Source: Salisapilia sapeloensis CBS 127946
Taxonomy: Eukaryota > Protista > Oomycota
Length of the DNA: 37,989 bases
Direction: 5' to 3'
Assembly (NCBI GenBank): GCA_023334545.1
Contig: JAADVB010000186.1
Coordinates: 1-37,989, forward strand
Shown: positions 1 through 11,524 of the stretch, piece by piece
How the letters are laid out: each line of letters begins with the position of its first letter
Position numbering within the stretch: the stretch's first letter is position 1
The notes under the pieces: generated by a model
Database searches by the model: none
What the model was told of the DNA's origin: nothing
The model's input: the letters and a program-made list of their open reading frames with translations, nothing else
Translations under genes and position numbers: made by a program

Positions 1-3
1 AAG

Positions 4-76
4 TATCGATGGGGGGGATCGAACCCCCGATCTCGAGCGTGTGAAGCTCGCGTCCTAACCACTAGACGACATCGAC
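4..76 (-). tRNA. trnV-CAC: tRNA-Val, anticodon CAC
   Basis: Reverse complement folds into a 73-nt cloverleaf: acceptor GTCGATG/CATCGAT plus discriminator A, D-arm GTCTAGTGGTTAGGAC, anticodon arm CGAGC-TTCACAC-GCTCG, T-arm GGGGG-TTCGATC-CCCCC. Confidence 0.97.
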
Positions 77-1271
77 TTGCTATTTGTGACAAGTCCAATA
101 CATATAAAAACACGTAGTATGCTTTAATAAAGATACATACATACATTTATCATCTACAGCGCTTATACTAGGACTGCAGCAGCTCAATGTATTGAAATTT
201 TGAGTAAATGTGCATGGCAGGCTTGATGAGCCAAACTAGTTGGACAAATGGATCTAGCAACCAATATCGCATGCTACACAACCTTGTAGAAACTTAAAGA
301 CCTCATATTGCGCAGACCAGTAAGTACATGAAAAATGAAGTAAGCTCAAAATTAATATGACAGATGAGAGCTAATACTTTTGGACGCCCACTGCACGAAA
401 ATTGGTAATATGTCTTGAAGTCAAATAAGACATTATGTCGCTCTATCTGTCAAGCGATGGCTCCTAAGAGGCACTAGAGAATGCTTTGTTACAATGTCGC
501 TAGTCCATAGCAACGATGATGAAGTTTACGCCTCGATTGAGCTATATCTTGTACTTTTATGGGCACTAACGTTGAGGATCAGCATAATGCCGTATCTGGA
601 AACTAATAATCTATACACAGTTCTTGGGTTGCAATATCACAACAAAGCGTACAACTTTGTACATCAGCTAGTGTGATAGATGCCCCACTAAAGATGTCAG
701 TGATGCAGCGAACAAGATAAATTTTACTTACACATGTGTATTTGGAGCTAATAGTATGTATGTCATCATCACATTGACAGAGATAATCGTCAAGAGAGTC
801 ATCGGTCTGTTTGTCGAAAGATGAACCTGATTGACCAAGCTCTACTTAAGCATGTCAGCAGAATATACTTCGCTTTTAAGACAAATCGTATGTTCCAAAG
901 CTTTCTCGTATGTAGCTAAACAGTTTGTCGTAAGTATAATGGAATAGTTGCTTTACTTGGTATACAAATCAGTAATATACAGGATAAAATGAAAGAGTAC
1001 TGCAATAGCGGATACCGATAAAATATTCGTATACCATCCGCCGTTTGTTATGGTAGGGTAGGTTGTACTTGACTAAACTCTACCTCAGTTAAAAATGGCA
1101 TCGAAGTGCCTTTCGAGGGCACTCTCTGGTTGAATTGCTCTATACACATCCAATTACAGCGAACTCGCGTTAATACAAACCAATCAAATCTCACCTACCA
1201 CTCTTTCTTGTGAACCTTTCATTTCCCTCAAAGGCGACTCTATTGACGAGCTATCGCTGCTTAAAAAACAA

Positions 1272-2520
1272 ATGTTCATTGCCGTCATGCAAAATTTTAA
1301 GCAGAAAAGGCATATACGGCTTGCTATTGAGGTCATGGCAATTCCATTTGATGATTGCAGGAAGTACTTTGAAAAGATGTTGGATGGCAAACAAATGAAC
1401 AATATGAGACTTCTCGAATGTACGGCAATTGCTTTGAAACTGGGGCAAAGTATCATTCAAAATATACGGTCTATAATGGAAGCAAGTGAGTCGTTTAGTG
1501 AGGACGGTCGTTCACAGGATTGAGTCTTTCCAGATAACTTCATGCCAATTGTAAGACGAGCAATCTTGAAGGCGTATATCGATAACATGCATGTCATTCT
1601 TTATACCATCTTGCAACGCCTCATATCACCATCTGGTACTCAATGTACCGCATGGAAGTGGTCACGAGCCACTTCACATCGGTTAAAAAAATTAAATGAG
1701 CTACTCATACGGTCTGCGACATATCTATTACCGAGATCTGTAAGGTGTGGCCTCAACTGCCACTCAACGGATCAAATACACATGCAGAGCCCAGACACAT
1801 CGAGCCCAAGGCCGTCCTATCTATTATCGAAATACGACTTGGACCAACAAGTGTATGGCAGCTACTAAATTATGCGTTGATGAACGTGGGCATGGTGGAC
1901 TTAGGGTGCCTTCAGGCAAAGTCGAGAAGTGTAAAATATCTCACATGGAAGGTGCAACGGGCTTCGTATCTAACGCAAAACTAATGTTTAGATGATCAAA
2001 GTCATTAAAAGTTTCTGGCTACCATACCGAGACGAACGCTGGAAGTATTCTACGTCGGTTCGAGAAGCCCATTCTCAAACTATTTCCCATACAATCTGTT
2101 TTTGTCCTTTATTATGCCTCATACCATAGGACCCTCACGCCCAAGACGAGACCAGACAAGGCAAGCTCGAACAAAGCGCAACTGGCCTCATGACTACTTC
2201 AACAATACACCGACGACAAGGAGCGCCTAATGAGAGCATGTTGCTCGCAATGATGAAGCCAGAGTTGTACTTGCCTTGCACAAATCGCCAGCTTCTATCT
2301 ATCTGTCTTTGAGACAAAGTCTTTTGCAGAGAAGCATGGCTGCGAAGTGGCCTTCCTACCCGTTGGACATCCCAAACTCAATTCTATTGGTATGGTATGG
2401 ACCCGGACGAAAAGCTATACCATTCAACACGACACAACGTTCACTCTTCAAGTTGTCGAGAGGCTTGCTCATTAATGTCTACGCATTTTAGGTGCATCCG
2501 AGTGCGCTAAATGCGCTAAG
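1272..2520 (+). mobile_element. Decayed IS630/Tc1-mariner-like (DDE_3) transposase, with stops and frameshifts
   Basis: Fragments across frames: THRAQGRPIYYRNTTW...GGLRVPSGK (cf. YRxEGRPIYYLDETW...GGLKVPSGKG), GFVSNAKLMFR*, GYHTETNA, VFVLYYASYHR (cf. VIVMDNASYHS), FAEKHGCEVAFLPVGHPKLNSIGMVW (cf. LxLPPYHPELNPIELVW). Catalytic acidic residues are eroded. Termini not identified. Confidence 0.8.
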
Positions 2521-3074
2521 CATTACATGTAGAAATAGGTATCTCGAAGCATCGGACAACATTGACATGGAGGATAAAAATGAAGAATGACAAATGTTTT
2601 ATCCACTTCAATTCTGAGCTTTTATAATTGTAAATTAACCGCAAGGTTTATACAGCTACACTTTCATTTTCAAGATTTTCTGAGCATTAAGTATTGCGCA
2701 AGATGAAAAACGAAGGTGCTATTAGTAGCTGAAACTGACTTTATTAATAAAGTAATTCTTGATATGCTTTTACCTGATCAAATTGAGACCCTGAATCTAC
2801 ACAGAGCAGTAGAGTGGATATCTTAGCAACTCAAATACCGTGCAAGCGAGCGATGTTAAACACAAATGTAGATAGCATCAATATTACTACCTACTTCAAG
2901 GGCAAGCATGCAAAGCGAAATAGTTTAGTATGTGCGTGGCTATTTTTGTTTACAGTCCACTTAAGACGATATGGGCACTCAATTTTGGAGGCAGCTAAGA
3001 AATAACAAAACGTTTTTGACCAACTACAAAAATCGAAAGTTGAGACCATCACCTGGTGGCAAGAGCTAAAATGC

Positions 3075-4600
3075 ATGATGCCATCGGAGCACGAAAGAGT
3101 GCGCACGATCAAAAAGGATGAGAGCTCTTACGATGTTACATGATGAAGTAGCTAACTCGCGCTGTGTGTCAAACGGACAGCGATATAGATAACGAAGAAG
3201 GTGACCTCGCTGTGTTGATGCTGTGCAAGTATAAAGTACTAATTAAAGCTCGCTAGGTAAAACTGCGCACCTACCAGCAGCACGACAATGGATTTAAATG
3301 TATCTTCGCTGCTCAAGCGACCGTGCATTACAGCGATGCTTCCGGATGAATTGCCAATCCTTTTCCACACTAGGTGATCTCGTCTCTACTTGTCCAACAT
3401 CTGCAACCACTTTGGAAACTGACAACTGGCACTACCTCGCAATCAACTTTATACTTTTAACGTTCGGCGGCACAATCGGCTCTGACGCATGTGTGGAGAA
3501 CTTGCAAACTAGTTTTGGTGTGAGCAGTGATGCATTCTTCTTCTACATTGCTCACATGATTAAGGCATCGATATCAGTGCACACAACGGTGGTTACATGA
3601 CCTGGTAATGACAAAAGAAAACGATAGCAGTGTGCTGCCTTGTGAATAATGCTTCAAGTAGTTGTTGAATGTAGCATGTTTATTAGAAAGCAAATTGCCA
3701 AGTGAGCTGTGCTATCTACTCTAGAGTCTAGAGCCTATTCTACCGGCTACTTTCTAGAAAGATCTCACTGGACACTCTACTGGCATGCTCAACGGCATGT
3801 CCAGCGCTGTCTCGTATGCGAAGTTGATCCATTTAGAGAGTAAGTGTAAATATAAAATGTACCGTGGAAGTTGAAGTGTCCGTTGACAGAAATCTTGAAG
3901 TTGGCAGATCGTGACCTTCGAAGATCGATCTAGCACAAGCAACAAAAATTGGAATAAGGTATGACTTTACAAATTGTGTTGGAATACTTGATGAGACATT
4001 TATTCCTCTTGCATTCCGACCTAAAAGTAATAGTGAAAACTACTCACGAAAGAATGGCTGCTCACTAAACTCTATAGTATGCTGCGATCACACTGCAAGG
4101 ACCATATATGCTCCGATCGGATAACCGGGTTCGACGCATGATACCCGTGCATAAGAAAGTCTAATGTAAATCGGCCACCATCAAAATATTTTGCTTCAAA
4201 TGAGTATTTGCTTGGCGACTCTGTCTTTCATCCTTCACAACACACTGTACCATCATTAAAAATACCAAGAAGCTCGCTATCACAAAAGACAGAGCATTTC
4301 AGCACTAAGCTAGCTAAGATCCGGATACGCAGCGCACATACATTTATTTCACTTAAGACACGATTCTAGTACTTTAAAGGCGTGCGTGTGCTGATCGAAT
4401 CGAGGCATGATCTTCATGGAATCATTAATTTATACAAAGCCGTGCTAGTCATCCAAAATCTATTTGTTGCCGAACCTCTGTCCCTTGAGCTTTAACCGAT
4501 GTTGAAGAGGAATGTCGCGCTGACGCACAGAGAGACGATGACGACTTAAAGGACGCGAACAAACAGGAATTGGATAAACGTATTGGCATTGATAGACGAG
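3075..4600 (+). pseudogene. PIF/Harbinger transposase (DDE_Tnp_4, HARBI1-like) pseudogene, interrupted by a ~300-bp insertion
   Basis: Reads CFRMNCQSFSTLGDLV...VVT*PGNDKRK, then insert, then IRYDFTNCVGILDETFIPLAFRPK...SLNSIVCCDH...G*PGSTHDTRA*...YFASNEYLLGDSVF...TKLAKIRIRSAHTFISLKTRF*. This follows the Harbinger motif order FRM / WP / NCVGxIDGT / GWPGSxHD / LLGDS / RIRSEH / LKxRFQ. Boundaries approximate. Confidence 0.85.
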
Positions 4601-4653
4601 ATAAAGTTTTTAATTATTTAGTTGAGCTAGATGGGCGCTTTTAGGCTCTATTC

Positions 4654-5650
4654 TCACGGAAACAAGCGGTTGAATTCATCCTCTGGTATGCCTTCTTCTC
4701 GCAATCGAAGACGACAGCGTGCCAGTTCAGCCTCCGTCAATAATTTTTCCCACCGAACAAATTCCTCCTTCCATTCAGCCTTAGCCTCCTTTCGTTTGGC
4801 TTGAGCTTGGAGAAACAGTACACATCGCTTCGTCTCCTCTTCTGTACAGCTAAACCGACGCTCCTCCAAAAGCGTAGTCTTCGCAATACGTTATCGTTCC
4901 CAGTCCATTTGTTCATTATGCATATGTGCTTCATTTTGTAGATCATTCTCTTTGGTATAGATACGAGCATTGTTGCTGTCGCTCCATTCGGTACGACGCT
5001 TCCAGCAGTAGTTTTCATTGTACGAAAAGTTGCAGATGCTGATTAAGATTAAATTATTGTTTTAACGCTTCGATGGACGTGTTGCATTGTCAAAAGTTTG
5101 GTAGGAGAAAGAACACTCGTCTTCAAGCTAATATCTATCGTTTTTGAATATGGAGAAAGTGTCGCTAGTAAATAGAGTTCTGACTGATGCATGGTCTCCG
5201 AATACAAATTTCAACACTTCGTAATGTAGGCATCGTTTTTCTATTGCCTCTCGTAGAGTCAACGCATCCGTAATACTAGCACCCATGTCAGACAGAACAT
5301 CGATGGCATCGCGAAAACTCTGCTCGAGTTGATCTACCTTTATTATTATGTTTTTCGTTTTTCTTATTTTGTAATATCCTTGCTCTCAATTAAAGTGGCG
5401 ATTTGGCTGGTGAGTGATGACTTTTTTAAACCCAAGTGGCATTCGCCACCAATCCATTTTGTATAGTTCCCTTCAGTAGTGAGCCAGTCGATGAGCACGT
5501 TGAGCGAGCTAATCTCGTCGGTGAGACCATCACTGTTCTACCATGTACGGCATACACACTTTTCTTTTGATACCTTTCCTAGCTTCTCAGGAGAAGCAGC
5601 ACAACTTCCCCGGGCACCATCGCCCGAAACACTAAGTGGTATGCTCATTG
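4654..5650 (-). pseudogene. Harbinger companion ORF2 (putative DNA-binding protein with C-terminal coiled coil), decayed
   Basis: Minus strand reads W*NSDGLTDEISSLNVLIDWLTTEGNYTKWIGG...KVDQLEQSFRDAIDVLSDMGASIT...AIEKRCLHYEVL...GDHAS, ending in the charged helix EERRF...KEEFVRWEKLL...REEGIPEDEFNRLFP. This resembles the oomycete/fungal family WDxDG...SSLxVLLDWLTTEGNYxRWRGG. It is convergent with the transposase. Confidence 0.7.
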
Positions 5651-7154
5651 ACTTGGAGGTCGGCAGCTAATTCAAGATAGTCATTTTAACCAACATAATT
5701 TAAAAACCTTTATTTATTGCCCCTTCCAAGTTAGCTGGTGACAAAGTTGAGAACCCCTAATGTGATATTGCAGTTACCTACATATTTTACGCTTGTTTTG
5801 AGTCCTATGTTTCCAATATAATATCATAGCTACATTTGTGTAGAGTGGCCTGAATTTTGTATGCTATTACTTCGAAACCATGTTGATAATGAATTGAAGT
5901 TATGAGTTTAGTCAGCTATCTACACCCGTTCAAGACCACGTAGGGTCACGAAAGGAATAGCTTCAACGGAAAAAGTCATTTGTCTGGATAAGAGAGGATA
6001 TTATGGAAAGGAGCAAGGTGTTTCATGAAATGCTTCAAACTCTACTCCCTAGTCACCTCATCAATAAAGACAACAGAGCGAAACCGGCCACTCTGGAATA
6101 CAATAGCGGCGTCCATCCAGTCTTATGACTCAGTAGGCGTCGAACGACCGACTTACCATTTCTCGGAATGGTTGAGCCCATTTCTGGTGGGTTCCGAAGC
6201 TATACGTAGATTAGACTTTTTAAAGTTCAATATACTTCCAACCTTTGCCACAGCAACAACCCGTTCGAGGCCACGTTGGTAACAGTTAGCACTCGTCTAA
6301 GCTACGACCCTTGTAAGAACTATACGAAAGAAGGAGACTAACGAATGGACTTCATAAAGCTGTGTAAGAGAAACTTACCACGAAAATGTTCGTTTCACCT
6401 CCTACTAGATCTATCAATCCCGTTATGTTCAGTCTGTATTCTTCGTTCAATTCTAGCAAGCACCGCCATTCGTTTTCTCAGCATCTTCGCTAGCTTTCCA
6501 CAACAAAAAGCAAATATATTACTTTACTCTTTGGCGTTCGAAGTCAGATCTTAGCTAGCTTCAAACGTATTATCTCTTGCATGATGTAGAAACTTGGAAC
6601 CCATGAACGCACCCGATTAAAAGCAATCTTCTTGGATAACCATTGATGATTGGGTGGATGCTCAAAAGTACGCGATCTTGTTTATGCCAAGCTGCTCTTC
6701 CTCAAAGTACACACTTCCAATTAATTGAAAACCAAACGCAATATCTATAGATGAAATGCGATATCGTCCACGCTTCCCATGAGGTTGATCGATTGTGTAT
6801 CCTCTGACGTACAACTGCATATATCAGATGTTTTGAGGTATAACTCCCTCGCTCTGGCCTTATCATGCAATCATCATGTCTGCATTTTATGTGAGCATAC
6901 AAAGCGTCTCTATGAGGCATTTCTAACCTTACCTGCATGGACTCTAGCGACTCAAGTCACAATGATAACGACGATGCGATGCAAATTGTAATGCGGTAAC
7001 CCAGCTTTTTCTGCGGTACAGCTCCGTGCAATGTATCCTTGACTCAGCAGCTGGCTTGAATGCCTTCCACTTTCTGACATCTTTGGCGTAAGCACAAGCG
7101 CTAATCTTCTTATCGAAAAGCTCTGGTATAAGCACCAGTGCGTATCGGAAGATC

Positions 7155-7170
7155 AGTCATTTCTACTTTC
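7155..7170 (+). promoter_or_regulatory. Oomycete Inr+FPR core promoter upstream of the ABCG gene
   Basis: AGTCATTTCTACTTTC fits TCA(T/C)TYBNNNWTTY and ends 25 nt before the ATG at 7196. Confidence 0.65.
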
Positions 7171-7195
7171 GTAGCGTTCGCCACAACCGTTCAGT

Positions 7196-10100
7196 ATGCC
7201 AGCGGAAGGAGAGCAGCAGGAGGCTGGTCCTACCAATGCATCGTATCCAGGAGAATCGGACAAGGTCATCAGCGAGATCACGTACGACTCGCCGGATGGC
7301 TTAATGGCGAAAGGACCAGATGCACTGCACGAGCACCTTGCACAAGCAGTGGAAACTTCGCTCGGACGAGAGCTTCCCCAGACAGAAATCCGATTCCGGC
7401 ATGTTTCACTGTCTGCCGAGATCCAACTCGCTAATGAACAACGAGATACACCAGAGCTACCAACGCTGTGGAATGAATTTCGTAAAGGTATTGCGTCCAT
7501 GTTATGCCTGCGCGGCACACACGCGGTCACGAAGAACATTTTGCAAGATGTCAGTGGTACGTTTAAACCAGGTACGATCACTCTCGTCATGGGCCAACCT
7601 GGCTCGGGTAAATCGGCACTCATGAAGCTTCTTGCCGGAAGATTCCCTCTGAATAAGAACGTCACCTTTGAAGGTGATATTACGTACAATGGCAAGTCGA
7701 GGGAGGAGTTGAAAGACCGATTGCCCCAGCTTTCATCTTACGTGACACAGCGAAACTATCTGTCTCCGACACTGACAGTTAAAGAGACGTTAGAATTTGC
7801 TCACAAGTTCACTGGGTACGATCCTACAGTGCATGGTAAAGATCACTTTTCCTACGGTGATTCTACCCAAAATAGTCGGGCACTGGATGTCGCACATGCC
7901 ATGCATGAAAACCATCCAGATGTAGTCCTTCGTCAGCTTGGACTCACAAATTGCCAAGATACGATTGTTGGAGATGAGATGACGAGAGGCGTGTCTGGCG
8001 GAGAGAAGAAGCGTGTGACAACGGGGGAAATGCAGTTTGGCTTGAAGAATATTTCGCTCATGGACGAGATTACCACCGGTCTAGATAGTGCTGCCGCCTA
8101 TGATATCGTCAACACACAGAGAAGTATCGCTCGTCGTCTTAAAAAAACGGTTGTTATCTCACTTCTCCAGCCAACACCGGAAGTCTTTGACCTGTTCGAT
8201 GATGTCATGATATTCACAGAAGGTCGTGTGATGTACTTTGGTCCGCGAGAAGAAGCCGTCTCATACTTTCGCAACATCGGCTTTAGTTGTCCTCCAGAGC
8301 GTGACCCAGCCGATTTCCTCATGGATCTCAATACGAACCAGCAAAAGCACTACGAAGTCCAAGATGAGTCCATCACGCCACCGCGCTCTGGATGGGAGTT
8401 TGCGGAGCGTTTCCGAGCCTCAAAGTACTATCGAGCAGTTGAAGAGACGCTTGATTCGAATCTAGACCCTCAGCGCAAGGAGGATGCTGACAAATATATG
8501 TCCAAGGTGCCAAAGTACTGGCAAACGTTTTGGCCATCTACATGGACAGTCGTCAAACGCGAATTGGTCCTCTTGTCTCGAAACCCAGCGGTCGTGCGTG
8601 GTCACATGATTATGATGGTGGTCATGGGGCTTCTACTCTCATCCACCTTTTACCAAGTAGATACGACAAAAGTACAGGTAGTGATGGGTGTTATTTTCCA
8701 AGCGGTACTCTTTGTATCGCTTGGCATGGCCTCCCAAATCCCAACGTTCATGAAAGCCAGAGACGTCTTTTACAAGCAACGTGGCTCTCACTTTTTCCGA
8801 ACACTTTCCTACGTCTTGGCAGTGTCCATCAGTCAGCTTCCTCAATCCATCTTTGACGCTCTATCCTTTGGATCGCTCATCTACTGGATGTGTGGCTTGA
8901 CGGCGAAAGTGGAACTCTACTTGGTCTATCTCGTGGTGCTGCTGACAACCAACCTGGCACTATGCTCCTGGTTCTTTTTCCTCGTCACCGTGTCACCCAA
9001 CACGAATGTAGCGATGCCAGTGGCCATGATGTCCATCAACGTTTTTGTCATCTTTGCTGGATTTGTGATTCCAAAAGGTCAGATTCCAGACTACTTCATC
9101 TGGCTCTACTGGTTATCTCCCGTTTCTTGGTCAATCCGATCGCTTGCTGTCAACGAGTATCGGTATGGAGGGTACGATGACATGTGCACATTATCAAGTG
9201 TGAAAGACATCAACTTTTGTGAATCGGAACAAACTGCTGGGGAGTATCTGCTCAACTTTTATGAAGTACCGACGGAGAAACATTGGGTCTTCACTGGCAT
9301 CATCTTCCTCGTGGCTCTATATGTTGGATTCATGACCTTGTCGACACTTGTGCTCGAGTTCAATCGGTATGAAGCACCAGAAAATGTATCTTTCACGGAG
9401 GAAGAGCAAAATCAGTCAACAGGTAAGAAGAACAGCAGTGATGGGGGAGTTTACCAGGCGCTAAAATCTCCAACCACTTCCCAAAACGGTTCGGATGAGG
9501 CAGTCATGGATGTAAAGCCTGTCGAGCGTCATTTCACACCCGTCAACCTTGCATTTAAGGATCTCTGGTACACCGTCCAAGTGCCCGGTAAGAAGCGTGG
9601 AGAAAAGAGCACGTCTCTTGACCTCCTCAAGGGTGTCACTGGATACGCTTTGCCGGGTACGATGACGGCCCTCATGGGATCAACCGGAGCTGGTAAGACG
9701 ACGCTCATGGACGTGATCGCCGGCCGTAAGACTGGAGGCAAGATCGGCGGAGACATTCTCCTCAATGGCCACCCTGCCAGTGCGCTTGCCATCCAGCGTG
9801 CGACTGGATACTGTGAGCAAATGGACATCCACGCGAGTACCACGACATTCCGGGAAGCGCTAGTCTTTAGTGCCTTCCTCCGTCAATCAGCGGACGTACC
9901 GGACAGCGTCAAATTCGACTCTGTCAACGAATGTCTCGAACTCTTGGATATGCACGACGTTGCTGATCAAATCGTACGAGGTGGCTCGACGGAGCAGATG
10001 AAGCGACTGACGATCGGAGTGGAGCTCGCTGCTCAGCCGAGTATCTTGTTCCTGGACGAGCCGACGAGTGGTCTAGACGCTCACTCAGCCAAGGTCATCA

Positions 10101-11413
10101 TGGATGGTGTGCGCAACGTTGCCAAATCTGGCCGTACAATCGTCTGTACAATCCACCAACCATCCAGCGAAGTCTTCCTGCTCTTTGACAAAGTTCTGCT
10201 TCTACAACGAGGTGGATACATGGTCTACTTTGGTGATCTAGGAGAAAACTGTCGTACGCTGGTCAATTACTTTAGCGGCATGGACCACACGCAGCCCATG
10301 ACCAAGGGATACAACCCAGCCAACTGGATGCTCGAGTGCATCGGCGCTGGTGTTGACAACAACATCGCAGATGACGTTGACTTCGAAGCTGCTTTCAACA
10401 ATAGTGAGCTGCACAAGACGATGGAAAACGATATGGAACAAGAAGGTGTCATGCATCCGTCTCCAGATATGCCTGAAGTGACGTTTGACCGCAAGCGCGC
10501 TTCCGAATCAAGCGTCCAGGCCAAGATGCTGTTAAAACGTTTCATGGATCAATACTGGCGCACACCGACGTACAACCTCACACGCATTGTCGTCGCACTT
10601 ATTCTGGCTGTGCTCTTTGGTCTACTCTTCTTAGGCAACGACTACAACACATACCAAGGTATCAACGCTGGTGTTGGAGTCATTTTCATGTCCACGCTCT
10701 TCACTGGTATGATCGCGTTTAACAACATCCTCTCCATCTCGTGTGAAGAACGCGCCGTCTTCTACCGTGAACGGTCAGCACAGACGTACAACGCGCTGTG
10801 GTACTTCGTCGGAACGACCGTCGCGGAGATCCCGTATACGTATCTCAGTGTCCTGCTCTTCACCGTCATCTTCTATCCGATGGTCGGTTTCCAAGGTTTT
10901 ACCAATGCTGTCATTTACTGGCTATCATCGTCTACTCTGGTGCTGCTCCAGACGTACATGGGTCAAGCGCTTGCGTTTGCATTCCCGACGGAAGAAGTTG
11001 CCCATATCGTTGGTGTGCTGCTCAATATCTTCTTCATCCTGTTCATGGGCTTCAATCCTCCAGCCGAATCCATTCCAGCGGGTTACAAATGGGTTTACAC
11101 TATCGCTCCACACCGATACGCTTTGTCTACGTTGGTAGCAGTCGTCTTTGGTGATTGTGAGAACCCTTCCATTCGAGACCCAGAAACAGGAGCTATTGAT
11201 ATGCCGACTGCTGGAGATAGTCTTGGATGTCAGATCGTGCAGAACGGACCGGAAGAGACGAAAAACATGACCATTAAAGAGTTTGTCGAAGTATTCTATG
11301 GCGCCAACCACGATGAAATCACTCGTGATTTCCTGATTCTCGTCGCTTACATCATCGGCTTCCGCATCATCGCGCTAGTTTCACTACGCTACATCAACCA
11401 TCAGAAGCGCTAA
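7196..11413 (+). CDS. Full-size ABCG / pleiotropic drug resistance (PDR-like) transporter, 1405 aa, no introns needed
   Basis: NBD-TMD-NBD-TMD order. NBD1: GQPGSGKS, VSGGEKKRV, LMDEITTGLDS, SLLQP. NBD2: GSTGAGKTT, EQMKRLTIGVEL, FLDEPTSGLD, CTIHQPS. Two hydrophobic multi-helix blocks. Confidence 0.97.
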   Translation: MPAEGEQQEAGPTNASYPGESDKVISEITYDSPDGLMAKGPDALHEHLAQAVETSLGRELPQTEIRFRHVSLSAEIQLANEQRDTPELPTLWNEFRKGIASMLCLRGTHAVTKNILQDVSGTFKPGTITLVMGQPGSGKSALMKLLAGRFPLNKNVTFEGDITYNGKSREELKDRLPQLSSYVTQRNYLSPTLTVKETLEFAHKFTGYDPTVHGKDHFSYGDSTQNSRALDVAHAMHENHPDVVLRQLGLTNCQDTIVGDEMTRGVSGGEKKRVTTGEMQFGLKNISLMDEITTGLDSAAAYDIVNTQRSIARRLKKTVVISLLQPTPEVFDLFDDVMIFTEGRVMYFGPREEAVSYFRNIGFSCPPERDPADFLMDLNTNQQKHYEVQDESITPPRSGWEFAERFRASKYYRAVEETLDSNLDPQRKEDADKYMSKVPKYWQTFWPSTWTVVKRELVLLSRNPAVVRGHMIMMVVMGLLLSSTFYQVDTTKVQVVMGVIFQAVLFVSLGMASQIPTFMKARDVFYKQRGSHFFRTLSYVLAVSISQLPQSIFDALSFGSLIYWMCGLTAKVELYLVYLVVLLTTNLALCSWFFFLVTVSPNTNVAMPVAMMSINVFVIFAGFVIPKGQIPDYFIWLYWLSPVSWSIRSLAVNEYRYGGYDDMCTLSSVKDINFCESEQTAGEYLLNFYEVPTEKHWVFTGIIFLVALYVGFMTLSTLVLEFNRYEAPENVSFTEEEQNQSTGKKNSSDGGVYQALKSPTTSQNGSDEAVMDVKPVERHFTPVNLAFKDLWYTVQVPGKKRGEKSTSLDLLKGVTGYALPGTMTALMGSTGAGKTTLMDVIAGRKTGGKIGGDILLNGHPASALAIQRATGYCEQMDIHASTTTFREALVFSAFLRQSADVPDSVKFDSVNECLELLDMHDVADQIVRGGSTEQMKRLTIGVELAAQPSILFLDEPTSGLDAHSAKVIMDGVRNVAKSGRTIVCTIHQPSSEVFLLFDKVLLLQRGGYMVYFGDLGENCRTLVNYFSGMDHTQPMTKGYNPANWMLECIGAGVDNNIADDVDFEAAFNNSELHKTMENDMEQEGVMHPSPDMPEVTFDRKRASESSVQAKMLLKRFMDQYWRTPTYNLTRIVVALILAVLFGLLFLGNDYNTYQGINAGVGVIFMSTLFTGMIAFNNILSISCEERAVFYRERSAQTYNALWYFVGTTVAEIPYTYLSVLLFTVIFYPMVGFQGFTNAVIYWLSSSTLVLLQTYMGQALAFAFPTEEVAHIVGVLLNIFFILFMGFNPPAESIPAGYKWVYTIAPHRYALSTLVAVVFGDCENPSIRDPETGAIDMPTAGDSLGCQIVQNGPEETKNMTIKEFVEVFYGANHDEITRDFLILVAYIIGFRIIALVSLRYINHQKR

Positions 11414-11524
11414 ATTTGGTTTTAAGTTGAATCAATTTCCATATCTTTCTTGACCGCGTATATCTGTCTTGACGAGTTGATTTGGACGATACTGATCCCG
11501 TTCGTGCATCTAGAAAACAAATAC

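Noticed and set aside
100-1150. AT-rich region with a 60-aa ORF (494-676)
   Set aside because: No recognisable protein or repeat signature. Left unannotated.
1156-2670. Candidate TA-CAG terminal inverted repeats for the Tc1-like relic (TACAGCGAACTCGCGTTAATAC at ~1156)
   Set aside because: The best right-end match near 2630-2660 is too weak to call.
7138-7695. Overlapping alternative ORFs at the ABCG 5' end (98 aa plus strand, 180 aa minus strand)
   Set aside because: No motifs, and fully explained as alternative or antisense frames of the transporter.
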